A stretch of 64,000 nt of DNA from Nitrospirota bacterium. GTDB taxonomy: Bacteria; Nitrospirota; UBA9217. Position numbers and translations under genes: made by a program. A model generated the notes under the pieces. The model was not told the origin of the DNA. It searched no databases and saw nothing but the letters and a program-made list of their open reading frames with translations. This document shows, piece after piece, positions 9,109 to 19,665 of this stretch. The stretch covers positions 320,001 to 384,000 of the forward strand of contig CAWJQQ010000008.1 in NCBI GenBank assembly GCA_963845065.1. The letters are read 5' to 3'. Within the stretch, counting starts at the first letter, position 1. Each line of letters opens with the position of its first letter.

Positions 9109-11403
9109 ATGACGAATGCACGAATACTAGTCGTTCAGGATGAAACGGCACTTGCAGAAGGGATGCAAAATCTCTTGCTGCATGCGAAGTATGATATTCC
9201 TGCAGTTGTCCCTTCAGGTGAAGAAGTTGTAAAAAGGACCAGGCAACTTCGGCCTGACCTTGTACTGATAGATATCAAAGAGAACCATGCCCTTGAAGCT
9301 GTCGCCATTGCCAAGCATATTGTCTCACTCTTCTATATCCCGGTTCTCTGCATAGCGGCACGTGAAGATCGCGAATGCTTGGAACTGTCAATAATTGACG
9401 AACCTATAATGTGTCTTCGGAAACCGTACGACGACGATGAATTGCTTACTTGCATCAGGATAATCCTCCAAGCCCACCACTTTTTTCGCAGACGGTTGAA
9501 TGAAGTCGTGAAAGAGAAAGAAGAACAATTCCGAGACTCCTTCGATTCCGCACCGATTGGCAAAGCGCTGGTTGGGCTCGATGGTCGGCTTTTGAAGGTT
9601 AACAAGGCTCTTTCCAAGCTTAGCGGTTATGATGAGCAGCAACTGACCCGTATGAAGTTTCAGGACATCATCCAGGTAGACTCTGGGGAAACGGAAAGCG
9701 ACTTATTGCAGGAAATCCTTACAAATGAAATGCGTCCCCGTCAGAAAGAGGGTCGTTTTAAGCACCGTCTGGGGCACGATTTGTATGTCTTGCTCAATTT
9801 TTCTCTGGTGGGGACCATACACCGTAACATCATTCTGCAAGTTCTTGACATTACTACGCGGAAGCAATCTGAAGAATCACTTCGGAAAAGTGAAAAAAGG
9901 TATCGGAAACTCGTCGAGGCGACTACAAGTTATATCTATACCGTGGAAGTTGAAAACGGAGCGCCAAGATCAACGAGGCATGAGCAGGGATGCGTATTTG
10001 TGACTGGGTACAACCATGAGGAATACGAGACTAATCCTCAACTCTGGTATCAGATAGTGTTCGATGGGGACCGTAAAGAGGTCATGAACCAGGCAGCCGC
10101 AATACTCGCGGGAAAAAGTATAACGCCCATCGAACACCGTATCATACACAAAGATGGTTCGATTCGCTGGGTGCGGAATACACCGGTGCCCCACTATGAT
10201 GATCAGGGCAGACTCGTCTCATACGACGGTCTGATCACGAATATAACCGAAGAGCGACATCTGAAGGATCAACTGCACCAAGCCCAGAAGATTGAAGTGA
10301 TAGGACAGCTTGCAGGAGGCATAGCTCACGATTTTAACAATATTCTAACCGCCATAATCGGATACTGCACTATCCTTGAGATGAAGACGTTGGAAGGTTC
10401 ACCACTCAAACAGGACATTGATTATATCCTGAACGCCGCGGAACGAGCCGCGAAACTGACTGAACGCCTTCTTGCCTTCAGCAGGAAACAAGCCAGTAAT
10501 CCAGAGCCCGTAAATATCAATGACATCGTAAAACGCGTCGAGAAACTATTGTCGAGAGTCATCGGTGAAGACATTCAGTTGGAGTATTCTTTTTCCAATG
10601 CTAGCATGACAACGATGGTAGATAGCTGGCAGTTGGAGCAGGTGTTGATTAATCTCGCGACGAATGCTCGTGATGCTATGCCACACGGCGGACTGTTAAC
10701 CATTGAGACGGGAACTGCAGAGCTGAATGAAGACTTCATCGAGCAACACGGATACGGCGAGGTTGGTGTCTATGCGAGTATCATCATGACCGATACGGGT
10801 ATGGGCATGGACGATGTTACGCAAAAAAGAATATTTGAGCCTTTTTATACAACCAAGGAGTCCGGGAAAGGAACAGGACTCGGGCTTGCCATTGTATATG
10901 GAATCGTCAAGCAGCATAAAGGGTACATAACCGTTTCAAGTGGGCTTGGGAAAGGATCAACCTTCACCATTTTTTTACCGATAGTAGATAACGTTGTTGA
11001 AGAAAGGAAACCTGCAGCGGTTTCTCACACCCCAGGGAAGGAGACAGTGCTGCTTGCCGAGGACGATCCTGACGTCAGGATCTCTACGAAAGCTCTGCTC
11101 GAGAACTTCGGCTATACGGTCATTGAGGCGACAGGAGGAGAGGACGCGATAAACAAGTTCAAGGAGCATCAAAACTCTGTAGACCTCCTTATTCTGGACG
11201 TCGTTATGCCGACAAAGACGGGTAACGAGGTTTATGAAGAGATCAGAAAAGTCAATCCCAACATCAAGGCGTTGTTTACGAGCGGGTATACCGATGAAAT
11301 AGTCCGCCAAAAAGGAAACCTGGAAAAGAAAGCCTACTTCGTCTCGAAACCGATTTCTCCCTCCCTTTTGTCGAAGAAGATCAGAGAAGTCCTAGATGCA
11401 TGA
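9109..11403 (+). CDS. Hybrid histidine kinase REC-PAS-PAS-HisKA-HATPase-REC
   Basis: GGIAHDFNNILT, NLATNARDAM, GKGTGLGL, two PAS/PAC, and receivers at both ends. Start moved to MTNARILVV (ORF is open from 9013). Confidence 0.92.
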   Translation: MTNARILVVQDETALAEGMQNLLLHAKYDIPAVVPSGEEVVKRTRQLRPDLVLIDIKENHALEAVAIAKHIVSLFYIPVLCIAAREDRECLELSIIDEPIMCLRKPYDDDELLTCIRIILQAHHFFRRRLNEVVKEKEEQFRDSFDSAPIGKALVGLDGRLLKVNKALSKLSGYDEQQLTRMKFQDIIQVDSGETESDLLQEILTNEMRPRQKEGRFKHRLGHDLYVLLNFSLVGTIHRNIILQVLDITTRKQSEESLRKSEKRYRKLVEATTSYIYTVEVENGAPRSTRHEQGCVFVTGYNHEEYETNPQLWYQIVFDGDRKEVMNQAAAILAGKSITPIEHRIIHKDGSIRWVRNTPVPHYDDQGRLVSYDGLITNITEERHLKDQLHQAQKIEVIGQLAGGIAHDFNNILTAIIGYCTILEMKTLEGSPLKQDIDYILNAAERAAKLTERLLAFSRKQASNPEPVNINDIVKRVEKLLSRVIGEDIQLEYSFSNASMTTMVDSWQLEQVLINLATNARDAMPHGGLLTIETGTAELNEDFIEQHGYGEVGVYASIIMTDTGMGMDDVTQKRIFEPFYTTKESGKGTGLGLAIVYGIVKQHKGYITVSSGLGKGSTFTIFLPIVDNVVEERKPAAVSHTPGKETVLLAEDDPDVRISTKALLENFGYTVIEATGGEDAINKFKEHQNSVDLLILDVVMPTKTGNEVYEEIRKVNPNIKALFTSGYTDEIVRQKGNLEKKAYFVSKPISPSLLSKKIREVLDA

Positions 11404-11591
11404 CGGATGCAGTAATAAAACAGGGATTGATTACCAAGGTATTCCCCGTTTTGTTAGAATGAAAACCATGTATCCTCGAATAAGCGCTTCCGACTTACCG
11501 CAAAACAATGCGGATGGGGTCTTATCTGTGGTTGCTTCTATAGAATGCGAAGCGCAACCAGAACTGGGAGGAGGCGCGTCTCCGTGTGATA

Positions 11592-12215
11592 TTACAACAT
11601 GATAAGAATGCTCATCATTGCGATGGACCAGATTATGTCCGTCGGGAGCTGCAGATCGCAGGTGGAGTCGAAAAAGAGGTCTGCGCTGGCTGGGAACTCT
11701 TCGTCCTCAAGCCAGAGCGATAGGATGACTGGGATCCGCGGCATGGGGTAGAACCTTAGGGCAGCATCGCCGAGATCAGCTTGTACACCGCCAAAGTTTT
11801 TCCCGTTTTTTAAAAACCCCGCTTTGTTACTTCCATATTTTGATGCCACTGGTTCCAGTGGCAGAACGTGCGATCCCTTAGTGAAGATGTCACCACCCTT
11901 AATGTTTTGGAGCTTCACAAGTCTTCCTGTGCATGCGATGTCCTTCGAGTTTACGAGGTACCAGAGGACAGAAAGCCTGAAAAAGTAGCCGAGACGCTGG
12001 AGGAGGACGCCGCTATCCGGATCCGCGCTAGAAATCACCTTTTCTTTTACCGATAAGGAGAACTCCATGTCGAAGGACCTTATCCGATAGCTCTCGGATG
12101 CCGTATCGTATGATACGGACGCGGATCGGCATACTTCGTCGGGATTCAGCCCTGCTAATAAGTCCCATGCCTTATCTTCACCGGAATTTCTACCCTCTTC
12201 CATATAAATCTCCAT
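11592..12215 (-). CDS. DUF3786-family protein
   Basis: LWYL...G.LV...KGGDIF..GSH.LPL...PRIPVILSLWLEDEEFPASADLFFD. Confidence 0.8.
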   Translation of the reverse strand: MEIYMEEGRNSGEDKAWDLLAGLNPDEVCRSASVSYDTASESYRIRSFDMEFSLSVKEKVISSADPDSGVLLQRLGYFFRLSVLWYLVNSKDIACTGRLVKLQNIKGGDIFTKGSHVLPLEPVASKYGSNKAGFLKNGKNFGGVQADLGDAALRFYPMPRIPVILSLWLEDEEFPASADLFFDSTCDLQLPTDIIWSIAMMSILIML

Positions 12216-12504
12216 AGGTATCCAAAAAATTTATGTATGAGTCATAATACCAGATTTTTTGTAAAATTAAAAGGGTATCATGTTTCAAATTTAAACAGTT
12301 TTCTGCGTCTATTATCACCAGTTCATCCATTTCCATATATTATTGTTTTTATAAATTTTTGACTGCAAATAATAGCGTTCAATGCTATTTCTGTATATTA
12401 CTCATAATAATTATTATCCTAATCTGTTTCAATAGCGTTCATATATGAAACATCTACTTTAAGTATTAAATATTATTTATTAATAAAAACATATAGTTAT
12501 TATT

Positions 12505-12520
12505 AGGCATATATATTGCT
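12505..12520 (+). promoter_or_regulatory. Sigma-54 -24/-12 promoter
   Basis: AGGCATATATATTGCT has exact GG-N10-GC spacing, 40 bp before an AGGAG-preceded ATG; AT-rich upstream region with TGTTT...AAACA palindromes. Confidence 0.7.
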
Positions 12521-12560
12521 TAAGATAGCATAAGTAAACATGATACAAGGAGATCTGTAA

Positions 12561-13058
12561 ATGGCAAAGAGGCAGTTGTTGTTTGTAGCATACCGTGATG
12601 AAAATATCGAAGAGGGCGTTTCATATGCCATCAAACTTGCCAAGGCGATGTATCAGGATATCACGCTCCTGCTGGTCCAAAAAAAGAGCAACCTTATGGA
12701 CAAGCTTGGAAACCTCGTGACTGCAGTGAGCTTCGCCGAACATGATGAGTACGAGATGGCACGAGAGATTGTGACAAGCGGTGAGACTGACAATCCACGT
12801 TATGAAAAGGTGATTGTTGAACTCAGGGAAAAATGCCATAACGAAGGAATTGAGGTTAGCTTCCAGGACACTGACCACGATGTGATCGCGGGCATCAGGG
12901 CGTTCCTAAAGAACCACGTGGGGATAGACAAGGTGGTGCTCAGCCCTGCGGTGACCGGAAGCGACACTGTCTCGGCCAAGGACCTGAACCGTCTAGCACG
13001 GACAGTGTCGCGGCCCTTCGTGACCATTACAAAACGAACCTCCGGTGCAGCATCCTGA
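12561..13058 (+). CDS. Universal-stress-protein-like hypothetical protein
   Basis: LLFVAY...EGVSYAIKLAKAM...ITLLLV...IDKVVLSP...RPFVTI pattern; good RBS. Confidence 0.7.
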   Translation: MAKRQLLFVAYRDENIEEGVSYAIKLAKAMYQDITLLLVQKKSNLMDKLGNLVTAVSFAEHDEYEMAREIVTSGETDNPRYEKVIVELREKCHNEGIEVSFQDTDHDVIAGIRAFLKNHVGIDKVVLSPAVTGSDTVSAKDLNRLARTVSRPFVTITKRTSGAAS

Positions 13059-13526
13059 AGAAGCATATAATTTTTTGCGCGTCCGGGGCAGCTTGCCAAG
13101 CGGATAGTAGATTATTGACGTACTCTACACCGCTAGATCATGTGGGATTCTGGATACAAGCGGAGTGGATGCCAGAAACTTCGGAGCCTTATGGCTCATC
13201 GCCCAATGGTTGGAAGCCCCTGCCATCATGCGAAGGGAATAGCACAGATTCCTAAATCTTTTATCAGCCAGCTCAAGGAGAGTAGGATTGCAGTTAACGT
13301 TTTCCAAAATAGAAATGGCGACACGGATAATGAAAGCAGAATGCAAAGATTTATTTCTGTCTAAACTTGGATTGTTCATGGTCCCTCGAATGCATCGTGC
13401 GCCCAAACCAAAAAGTATCTACCGGTGCCTTACGCGGGCGCCCGGCATCGGACATTTTCGTAAAGTGTGTGACTTGAGTTATTTCATCGAAGGATTTATA
13501 ATTACAAAAGAGGAGAGGTACTTACC

Positions 13527-15041
13527 ATGAAAAAGTTTATGCAGTTTCCCCATCCGTTTTTTTCAGCACGCCCTACGTGGAAATGGTTCATACTGATCAA
13601 CGTCCTTATCGGAGCAACGATGTCCGCTTTGGACGTAAGCATCGTGAATGTGGCCATGCCGACCCTGAAGGGCGAGTTCAATGTTTCCATGTCTCTCATC
13701 GAATGGGTGGCAATGTCGTACATGCTCACGCTTACTATTTTCCTTCCCTTTTTCGGCAGGCTCGCCGACATGTTCGGCAGATCGAGGCTTTACAATGCCG
13801 GTTTCGTCGTCTTTACCGTAGGGTCGCTGTTTTGCGGTATGTCAACAACCGCTATGATGCTCATTGCCGCACGTGTTCTTCAAGCGGTAGGGGCAGGGCT
13901 TCTGCAGGCGAACTCCGTTGCACTGATCACCCAGGCCTTTCCGGGGACCGAGCGGGGCAAGGCCATTGGCATACAAGGCGCTGTCCAAGCGATTGCCATG
14001 GCTGTCGGTCCTTTCGTAGGAGGCGTTTTGATCGCCACTATCGGCTGGCGTTCCGTGTTCTATATCAACATCCCGATTGGCATCGTCGGTACGATCGCTG
14101 CCCTGTATATTCTACCGCCCAATGAAAAAACCGAGAAAAAAGAATCAATCGATTATCTCGGAACGATATTCTTCGCTTCGGGCCTCGGATTTCTCGTGCT
14201 GGGATTCAACGAAGTCGTAAACCTGGGATGGGGTTCGAACACCATCATTGTCTACTTTATAAACGCCTGTATCCTACTCGGGCTGTTCGTGCTGACGGAA
14301 CTGCGCGTCAAGCATCCGCTCATTGATCTGAAATTGTTCAAGAACAGCACATTCCTGCTCGGCAATCTAACCGGTATGATGTCGTATTATGTTCTGTTTG
14401 CCGTTCTTTTCCTGATGCCGTTCTATCTCGAAAAAGTACTCAATTACAGTCCTGCGCTTACCGGCAGCCTGCTCACGCCCATTCCTCTTGCCATGGCTCT
14501 CGTTGCACCGTTCTCGGGGCACATCTCTGATAAATTTGGTCCACGGCTCATGACGTCTTCGGGCATGATGGTATCCGCACTTGCGTGTTTTTCCCTCTTA
14601 TTCCTTGGAATTCATTCAAATCTGATTGTCATGATAGGTGAGCTAGTCCTCTTGGGGGTCGGGATGGGCATGTTCACACCGCCGAACAACAGCGCTATCA
14701 TGGGCGCCGCTCCCAGGGATAAATTGGGTCTTGCCGGGGGCGTCTTGAATATGATGAGGTCTCTCGGCCTGATCTTTGGCGTGGACATCTCCGGATTGAT
14801 CTTTACCAAACTGGAACACAAATATCTTGCTGATCAGGGGTATGGGAATGTAAAGCACATCTTCAGCAATAGCGGTATCCCGCTCGATATGAAAAATCAC
14901 GCCTTCATGAGGGGCTTTATCGTGGTCATCGGCGTGCTTCTGGTGCTAAACGTCGTCGCCGCAGTGCTTTCAACCACTAGGAAACAAGGCGAGGTGGACG
15001 CGGAAGCAGCGGAGGCAGCCAAAGAATTCGCGGAAGTCTAG
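13527..15041 (+). CDS. DHA2 (EmrB/QacA) MFS transporter
   Basis: MSALDVSIVNVAMP, GRLADMFGR, GPFVGG, about 14 TM segments. Confidence 0.93.
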   Translation: MKKFMQFPHPFFSARPTWKWFILINVLIGATMSALDVSIVNVAMPTLKGEFNVSMSLIEWVAMSYMLTLTIFLPFFGRLADMFGRSRLYNAGFVVFTVGSLFCGMSTTAMMLIAARVLQAVGAGLLQANSVALITQAFPGTERGKAIGIQGAVQAIAMAVGPFVGGVLIATIGWRSVFYINIPIGIVGTIAALYILPPNEKTEKKESIDYLGTIFFASGLGFLVLGFNEVVNLGWGSNTIIVYFINACILLGLFVLTELRVKHPLIDLKLFKNSTFLLGNLTGMMSYYVLFAVLFLMPFYLEKVLNYSPALTGSLLTPIPLAMALVAPFSGHISDKFGPRLMTSSGMMVSALACFSLLFLGIHSNLIVMIGELVLLGVGMGMFTPPNNSAIMGAAPRDKLGLAGGVLNMMRSLGLIFGVDISGLIFTKLEHKYLADQGYGNVKHIFSNSGIPLDMKNHAFMRGFIVVIGVLLVLNVVAAVLSTTRKQGEVDAEAAEAAKEFAEV

Positions 15042-15065
15042 TCGTGCAGCATATCCGTCATCAGA

Positions 15066-15105
15066 ACCTGCCCCCGGAATTAGAAACCCGGGGGCGGGTT
15101 TTTTT
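15066..15105 (+). terminator. Intrinsic terminator
   Basis: CCTGCCCCCGG...CCGGGGGCGGG followed by T7. Confidence 0.85.
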
Positions 15106-15621
15106 GTTCGCCATGAAATGATCCCCGGAGCGTCTCAGAACGTACCCTGATCTTGTGAACCGTCAAAAGCTTTTCGCTGGCATAGGTAAGGCAGAATTTC
15201 TTGTACTTATCCCGGCACAGGTTGACGGTTTTGCCCTTTCTCGTACCCGCTATCCAATTATGTGACTTCTTCCCTCGGGATTTGTGGTAATTGGCTGCGT
15301 CACCTCCCATCCTGACGATGCCGGATATTCTCCTTTCTTGCAGGTCCATCCTGATTTATCGTTTTATCTATCGTCTGACAAATAATGTACAGCCGGTTGT
15401 ATTCTTGATTCATTGTGACTTTGACCTTCGTTCACATCAAGCCCTTCTGTTGCAATATGGCATTGTAGTGCAGAATAGAACATTTTGATTTAGGCGAAGG
15501 AGGACATTGCCACGGAAAGGCATTTTTTCTTTGCTTCCAAATATAGTATATGCTAAATTAACAGAGACATGCCGTACCGGCGATTAAGCTCTCCTTAAAA
15601 AGAGCATGGAAAAGAGCAATA

Positions 15622-15810
15622 ATGTTTGAAGGATTAGCACAGCCAATGCACTTGATTCTCATTCTCTTGATCGTCCTGATTATTTTCGGCCCGGGGAAAC
15701 TTCCGGAACTCGGTGTAGGTCTTGGAAAGAGCATCAAGGAATTTAAGAAAGCTATGAAGGAAGGCCAGGAAACTGCGGCAATAGAAAAGAAAGAAGAAAA
15801 AAAAGCGTAA
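15622..15810 (+). CDS. tatA: Twin-arginine translocase TatA/E, copy 1
   Basis: [33 protein letters not shown]. Confidence 0.93.
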   Translation: MFEGLAQPMHLILILLIVLIIFGPGKLPELGVGLGKSIKEFKKAMKEGQETAAIEKKEEKKA

Positions 15811-16000
15811 TCCGCGGTGGGAGAACGATTAGAAAATAGCGGATACAGGAAGTCGGTACTTCAGGATAATTGAATAATTCATGAGTAGATTCATTATTTT
15901 TGGTCTGCAATAATTACTGATTCAGATTGGCACCTCTCGTCATGCGTCTGTTCTTCGGAGGGAAAGGAAAAGTTTCCAACGTGTCGGGTAATGCTGGCTA

Positions 16001-16373
16001 CCTTATGCGAGGGATACTGACTCAGGAAGGACTTGATAACATCTCACGGCAATCAGAAGCGATCAACAGGCGGCACGACAGATTATGCAAGCGATACTAA
16101 GACTGACCGGCTGCGTTCTGAGAAGGTGGTCTTCGGACTCGGGGATAATTGCAGCAAAGAAGGAATTGAGGTGATCGTCTAGGCCACTGACCACTATGTG
16201 GTCGCAGGTATCAGCGCGTTTCTGAAGAACCGCGTGGCTATCGACAAGGTGGTGCTCAGTCTCGCGGTGACCGGAAGCGACACTGTCTCGGCCAGGGACC
16301 TGAACCGTCTCGTACGGAAAGCGTCGCGGCCTATCGTGACCATGACAAAACAGGCCTGCGGCGCAGCATCCTG
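16001..16373 (+). pseudogene. Chimeric remnant: 5' fragment of the 19666 gene fused to the 3' half of the 12561 gene
   Basis: 16001-16068 aligns to 19692-19758. 16072-16437 aligns to about 12758-13117, with TAG replacing CAG at about 16180. Confidence 0.85.
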
Positions 16374-16477
16374 AAGCAGGACATCATTTTCTGCGCGTTC
16401 GGGACGGCTTGCCAAGCACGGAAGGTGGATTACTGGATCGCCGTATTTAAAACTATTCAAGAAAAGGAGTAGTGACA

Positions 16478-17404
16478 ATGTATCTGTATCTGCCCGTAGC
16501 ATTGACAAGTATCAATATCCTCATCCCTTTGGGGCTCGGACTGGCCGTGGGGTTTCTCTCCGGCCTCTTCGGCGTCGGCGGTGGGTTTCTCATGACACCG
16601 CTTCTGATCATGATCGGCATTCCATCCACCGTGGCTGCGGCTACAGATTCTAACCAGATTGTGGCAGCATCAACGTCCGGGACTTATGCGCATTGGAAGG
16701 TCGGCAACGTTGATTTTAAAATGGGAATGTACCTGCTGATTGGCGGATTTGTCGGTGGCATCGTCGGAGTCCATGCGATCAAACTGCTTCACGCCATGGG
16801 CAACGCGGACTTCGTGATTAAGATGACCTATGTGTTGATGCTCGGCATCGTGGGCGTATATATGTTCATCGAAAGCCTTCATAGTATGAAGAAGAAAAAG
16901 AGCAAAAAAATTGAGGCGGTGAAGGCTGAGAAAGAATCGGCCGTAGGCAAATTCCTCAAGTCTCTCCCCCTCCAGACTCGGTTTGAAAAGTCCGGCATTA
17001 CCCACTCGGTCTTTGTTCCTATCGTCCTGGGGGGGCTCGTGGGCGTGCTTGCCGCGATTATGGGTGTGGGCGGCGGATTCCTGATGGTGCCGATCATGGT
17101 CTACATGCTCCGCATGCCCATGCACGTCGTGGTTGGGACAAGCCTATTCCAGATTCTGTTCACCTGCATCGAGGTTACATTCCTGCAGGCATACACGAAC
17201 CATAGCGTGGACTTCGTCCTCGCCGTCCTTCTGCTCCTCGGTTCCACCGTCGGCGCACAGGTCGGTGCGGTGTTCGGCCGGAAACTTAAGGCGGAACAGC
17301 TCAAGATCTTGCTAGCGTGCATCGTCCTAGCCGTGGCAGTAAATATGGTTTTTGAACTGACTTTGACACCTTCATTACTCATTTCGCAGTCAGGAGGACA
17401 TTAA
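16478..17404 (+). CDS. TauE/SafE (TSUP) family permease
   Basis: GFLSGLFGVGGGFLMTP and IMGVGGGFLMVP repeats, VVGTSLFQ. Confidence 0.92.
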   Translation: MYLYLPVALTSINILIPLGLGLAVGFLSGLFGVGGGFLMTPLLIMIGIPSTVAAATDSNQIVAASTSGTYAHWKVGNVDFKMGMYLLIGGFVGGIVGVHAIKLLHAMGNADFVIKMTYVLMLGIVGVYMFIESLHSMKKKKSKKIEAVKAEKESAVGKFLKSLPLQTRFEKSGITHSVFVPIVLGGLVGVLAAIMGVGGGFLMVPIMVYMLRMPMHVVVGTSLFQILFTCIEVTFLQAYTNHSVDFVLAVLLLLGSTVGAQVGAVFGRKLKAEQLKILLACIVLAVAVNMVFELTLTPSLLISQSGGH

Positions 17405-17406
17405 TA

Positions 17407-18210
17407 ATGACCGTGCACGGAGTGAATACTTCGAAGCTCAAAGCGGTGGTGCTTACGGGGGTATCTTTGGTGGTTTTTTTATTCACGCTTGCCGCACCCG
17501 CATCAGCCATGCTTACTGTCAATGCGAACCATGAGCACATTACCGTCGACTTCTTTTATCACGGAAGTACCGTCAGCATCCGGGGCGAATCGGACCCCGG
17601 CGTAGACCTCATTATCAAGATAGCCGCCTCCGAGGAACATCAGGTATTGAAGCGGAAGGGGAAAGTCGCCGGCATTCTCTGGATGAATGTGGGGCTTCTA
17701 AAGTTCGAGCACGTACCAAATTTTTATACAATCAGCAGTACCAAGAAACTGGAAGACATTTTGAGCAAGGAAGAAATGGAAAAGTATACCATTGGATATC
17801 CTGCTCTCGAGAAGCATGTTGAGGTAACCCCTGTTGCAAACGAGCAAGAGAAGTCAAAGTGGTTTGCTGAGTTCGTAAAATTTAAGGAAGACTCGCGTGT
17901 CTATGCTCTGTCATCCGATAAGATTGAGATCAAGACAAGCGCAGCAGGAAGGCAGGAATATTCCTTTCTAACGGACTGGCCTTACCAGGCGTCCCCCGGT
18001 GATTATATGGTTACGGTCTATGAGGTGAAGAACGGGAAGGTCCTTGAACAGGCTGAAACAAAGATCAACGTTGAGCAGGTCGGTATTGTCAAGGCGCTAG
18101 CTACCATGGCTAGCAACAATGCGGCGTTCTACGGCATTCTCTCCATCGGCATTGCCCTGGGAGCCGGTTTCGGCGTAGGCTTGGCGTTCAGAGGCGGAGG
18201 CTCTCATTAA
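17407..18210 (+). CDS. TIGR02186-family membrane-anchored protein
   Basis: Signal peptide, ITVDFFYHG, RKGKVAGILWMN, VPNFY, C-terminal TM; typical partner of this TauE subfamily. Confidence 0.8.
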   Translation: MTVHGVNTSKLKAVVLTGVSLVVFLFTLAAPASAMLTVNANHEHITVDFFYHGSTVSIRGESDPGVDLIIKIAASEEHQVLKRKGKVAGILWMNVGLLKFEHVPNFYTISSTKKLEDILSKEEMEKYTIGYPALEKHVEVTPVANEQEKSKWFAEFVKFKEDSRVYALSSDKIEIKTSAAGRQEYSFLTDWPYQASPGDYMVTVYEVKNGKVLEQAETKINVEQVGIVKALATMASNNAAFYGILSIGIALGAGFGVGLAFRGGGSH

Positions 18211-18212
18211 TC

Positions 18213-19076
18213 ATGTATACATCAATTGTTGTCGGTTATGACGAATCTCTACCGAGCAAGGCAGCGCTGAGAGAAGTCTCCCTTCGCATCAAACGAAGCC
18301 GTGGCACAATTTATCTCGTGAATGCTGTCTACTTCGACGACGAGGAGTTTCACATCCTTCCCTGGCAGAAGGAGAAGCGGTTTGAGATCGGGAAGAACGT
18401 CTGTTTGGAAGCGAAGAAGAATCTTCAAGACGAATTCGGGCTGAAGGAAAATGTGGACTCAATCATTTGCGAGGGTGAGCCGCCTGAGGTAATCATCGGC
18501 ATAGCTCGAGCCAAGAAGGCCGATCTGATCGCTCTCGGTACTTACGGCAGGAAAGGACTCAAGCGGCTGTTCATGGGCAGCGTGACGTCCTACGTTGTTC
18601 TCAACGCTCCCTGTGACGTGCTCGTGGTGAAAAAGCCCAGCGCCTACTCTGCAGCGGGGTACCATTCTCTCCTGGTACCTTTCGATGGGTCGGAGTCAAG
18701 TAAAAAAGCATTGGGACGGGCCTTTGATTTGTCGAAGACTGACGGCTCCGAGCTCTCGGTCCTGTACGTGATCCCCCGCTACGAGGAAATGATGGATTTT
18801 TTCAAGTCCGAGTCCGTCAAGAAAAGTCTCTTACAGGAAGCGGAAAAGATCGTCGAAGTCGCCAAGAAGCTGGCAGCCAGTCAGGGTTTGCAGATCAAGG
18901 CCATGGTGCAGGAAGGCCATGCCGCAGACAAGATCGTGGAGACCGCCGATAAAATGAACCATGATCTGATCGTCGTCGGGACCCATGGCTGGCGCGGCGT
19001 CAACAAGGCGATCATGGGGAGCACGGCGGAGCGGATCATAGCCTATGCTTCCTGCCCTGTCCTTATTGCGAAGTAG
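18213..19076 (+). CDS. Tandem-domain universal stress protein
   Basis: Two USP domains (IVVGYDES...DLIALG.YG...MGSV; LLVPFDGS...DLIVVG.HG...MGS). Confidence 0.93.
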   Translation: MYTSIVVGYDESLPSKAALREVSLRIKRSRGTIYLVNAVYFDDEEFHILPWQKEKRFEIGKNVCLEAKKNLQDEFGLKENVDSIICEGEPPEVIIGIARAKKADLIALGTYGRKGLKRLFMGSVTSYVVLNAPCDVLVVKKPSAYSAAGYHSLLVPFDGSESSKKALGRAFDLSKTDGSELSVLYVIPRYEEMMDFFKSESVKKSLLQEAEKIVEVAKKLAASQGLQIKAMVQEGHAADKIVETADKMNHDLIVVGTHGWRGVNKAIMGSTAERIIAYASCPVLIAK

Positions 19077-19236
19077 GTGACAATAAAGGTTTTTTTGTTC
19101 AACAACGGGAGCCATGGAAAGTCGTTTTTTCTTTGCTTCCAAATATATTATATGGTAAATTGCATACTACCTTAATAGGAGCCTGCCATACCGGCTATTA
19201 AGCTCTCCTTAAAAAGAGCATGGAAAAGGAGCAATA

Positions 19237-19425
19237 ATGTTTGAAGGATTAGCACAGCCAATGCACTTGATCCTCATTCTTTTGATCGTTCTGGTTATTT
19301 TCGGCCCGGGGAAACTTCCGGAACTGGGTGCAGGTCTTGGAAAGAGCATCAAGGAATTTAAGAAAGCTATGAAGGAAGGCCAGGAAACTGCGGCGATAGC
19401 AAAGAATGAAGAAAAAAAGGCGTAA
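19237..19425 (+). CDS. tatA: Twin-arginine translocase TatA/E, copy 2
   Basis: Near-identical to 15622-15810, including flanks. Confidence 0.93.
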   Translation: MFEGLAQPMHLILILLIVLVIFGPGKLPELGAGLGKSIKEFKKAMKEGQETAAIAKNEEKKA

Positions 19426-19665
19426 CCCGCGGTGGTGAACGATTAAGAAATAGCGGATACAGGAAGTCGGTACCTCAGGATATTGAAAAATCATGAGTAG
19501 ACTCATTACCTCTGCTCTGCAACAATTACTGATTCAGATTGGCACCCTTCGCCATGTGCCTGTGCTCGGAGGTAAAAGAAACGCCTCCGACGTGTCAGGT
19601 AACGCAGGCTACCTTCTTCTGTGAAGCATTTCTTTCCCGTTTCATCCGACGCACGGGATATCATT

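Noticed and set aside
13125..13530. Short ORFs between the USP-like gene and the MFS (likewise 15080-15488)
   Set aside because: No RBS, motif or recognisable homology; possibly decayed DNA.
15458..15472. Sigma-54 promoter TGGCATTGTAGTGC
   Set aside because: GG-GC spacing is 9, not 10.
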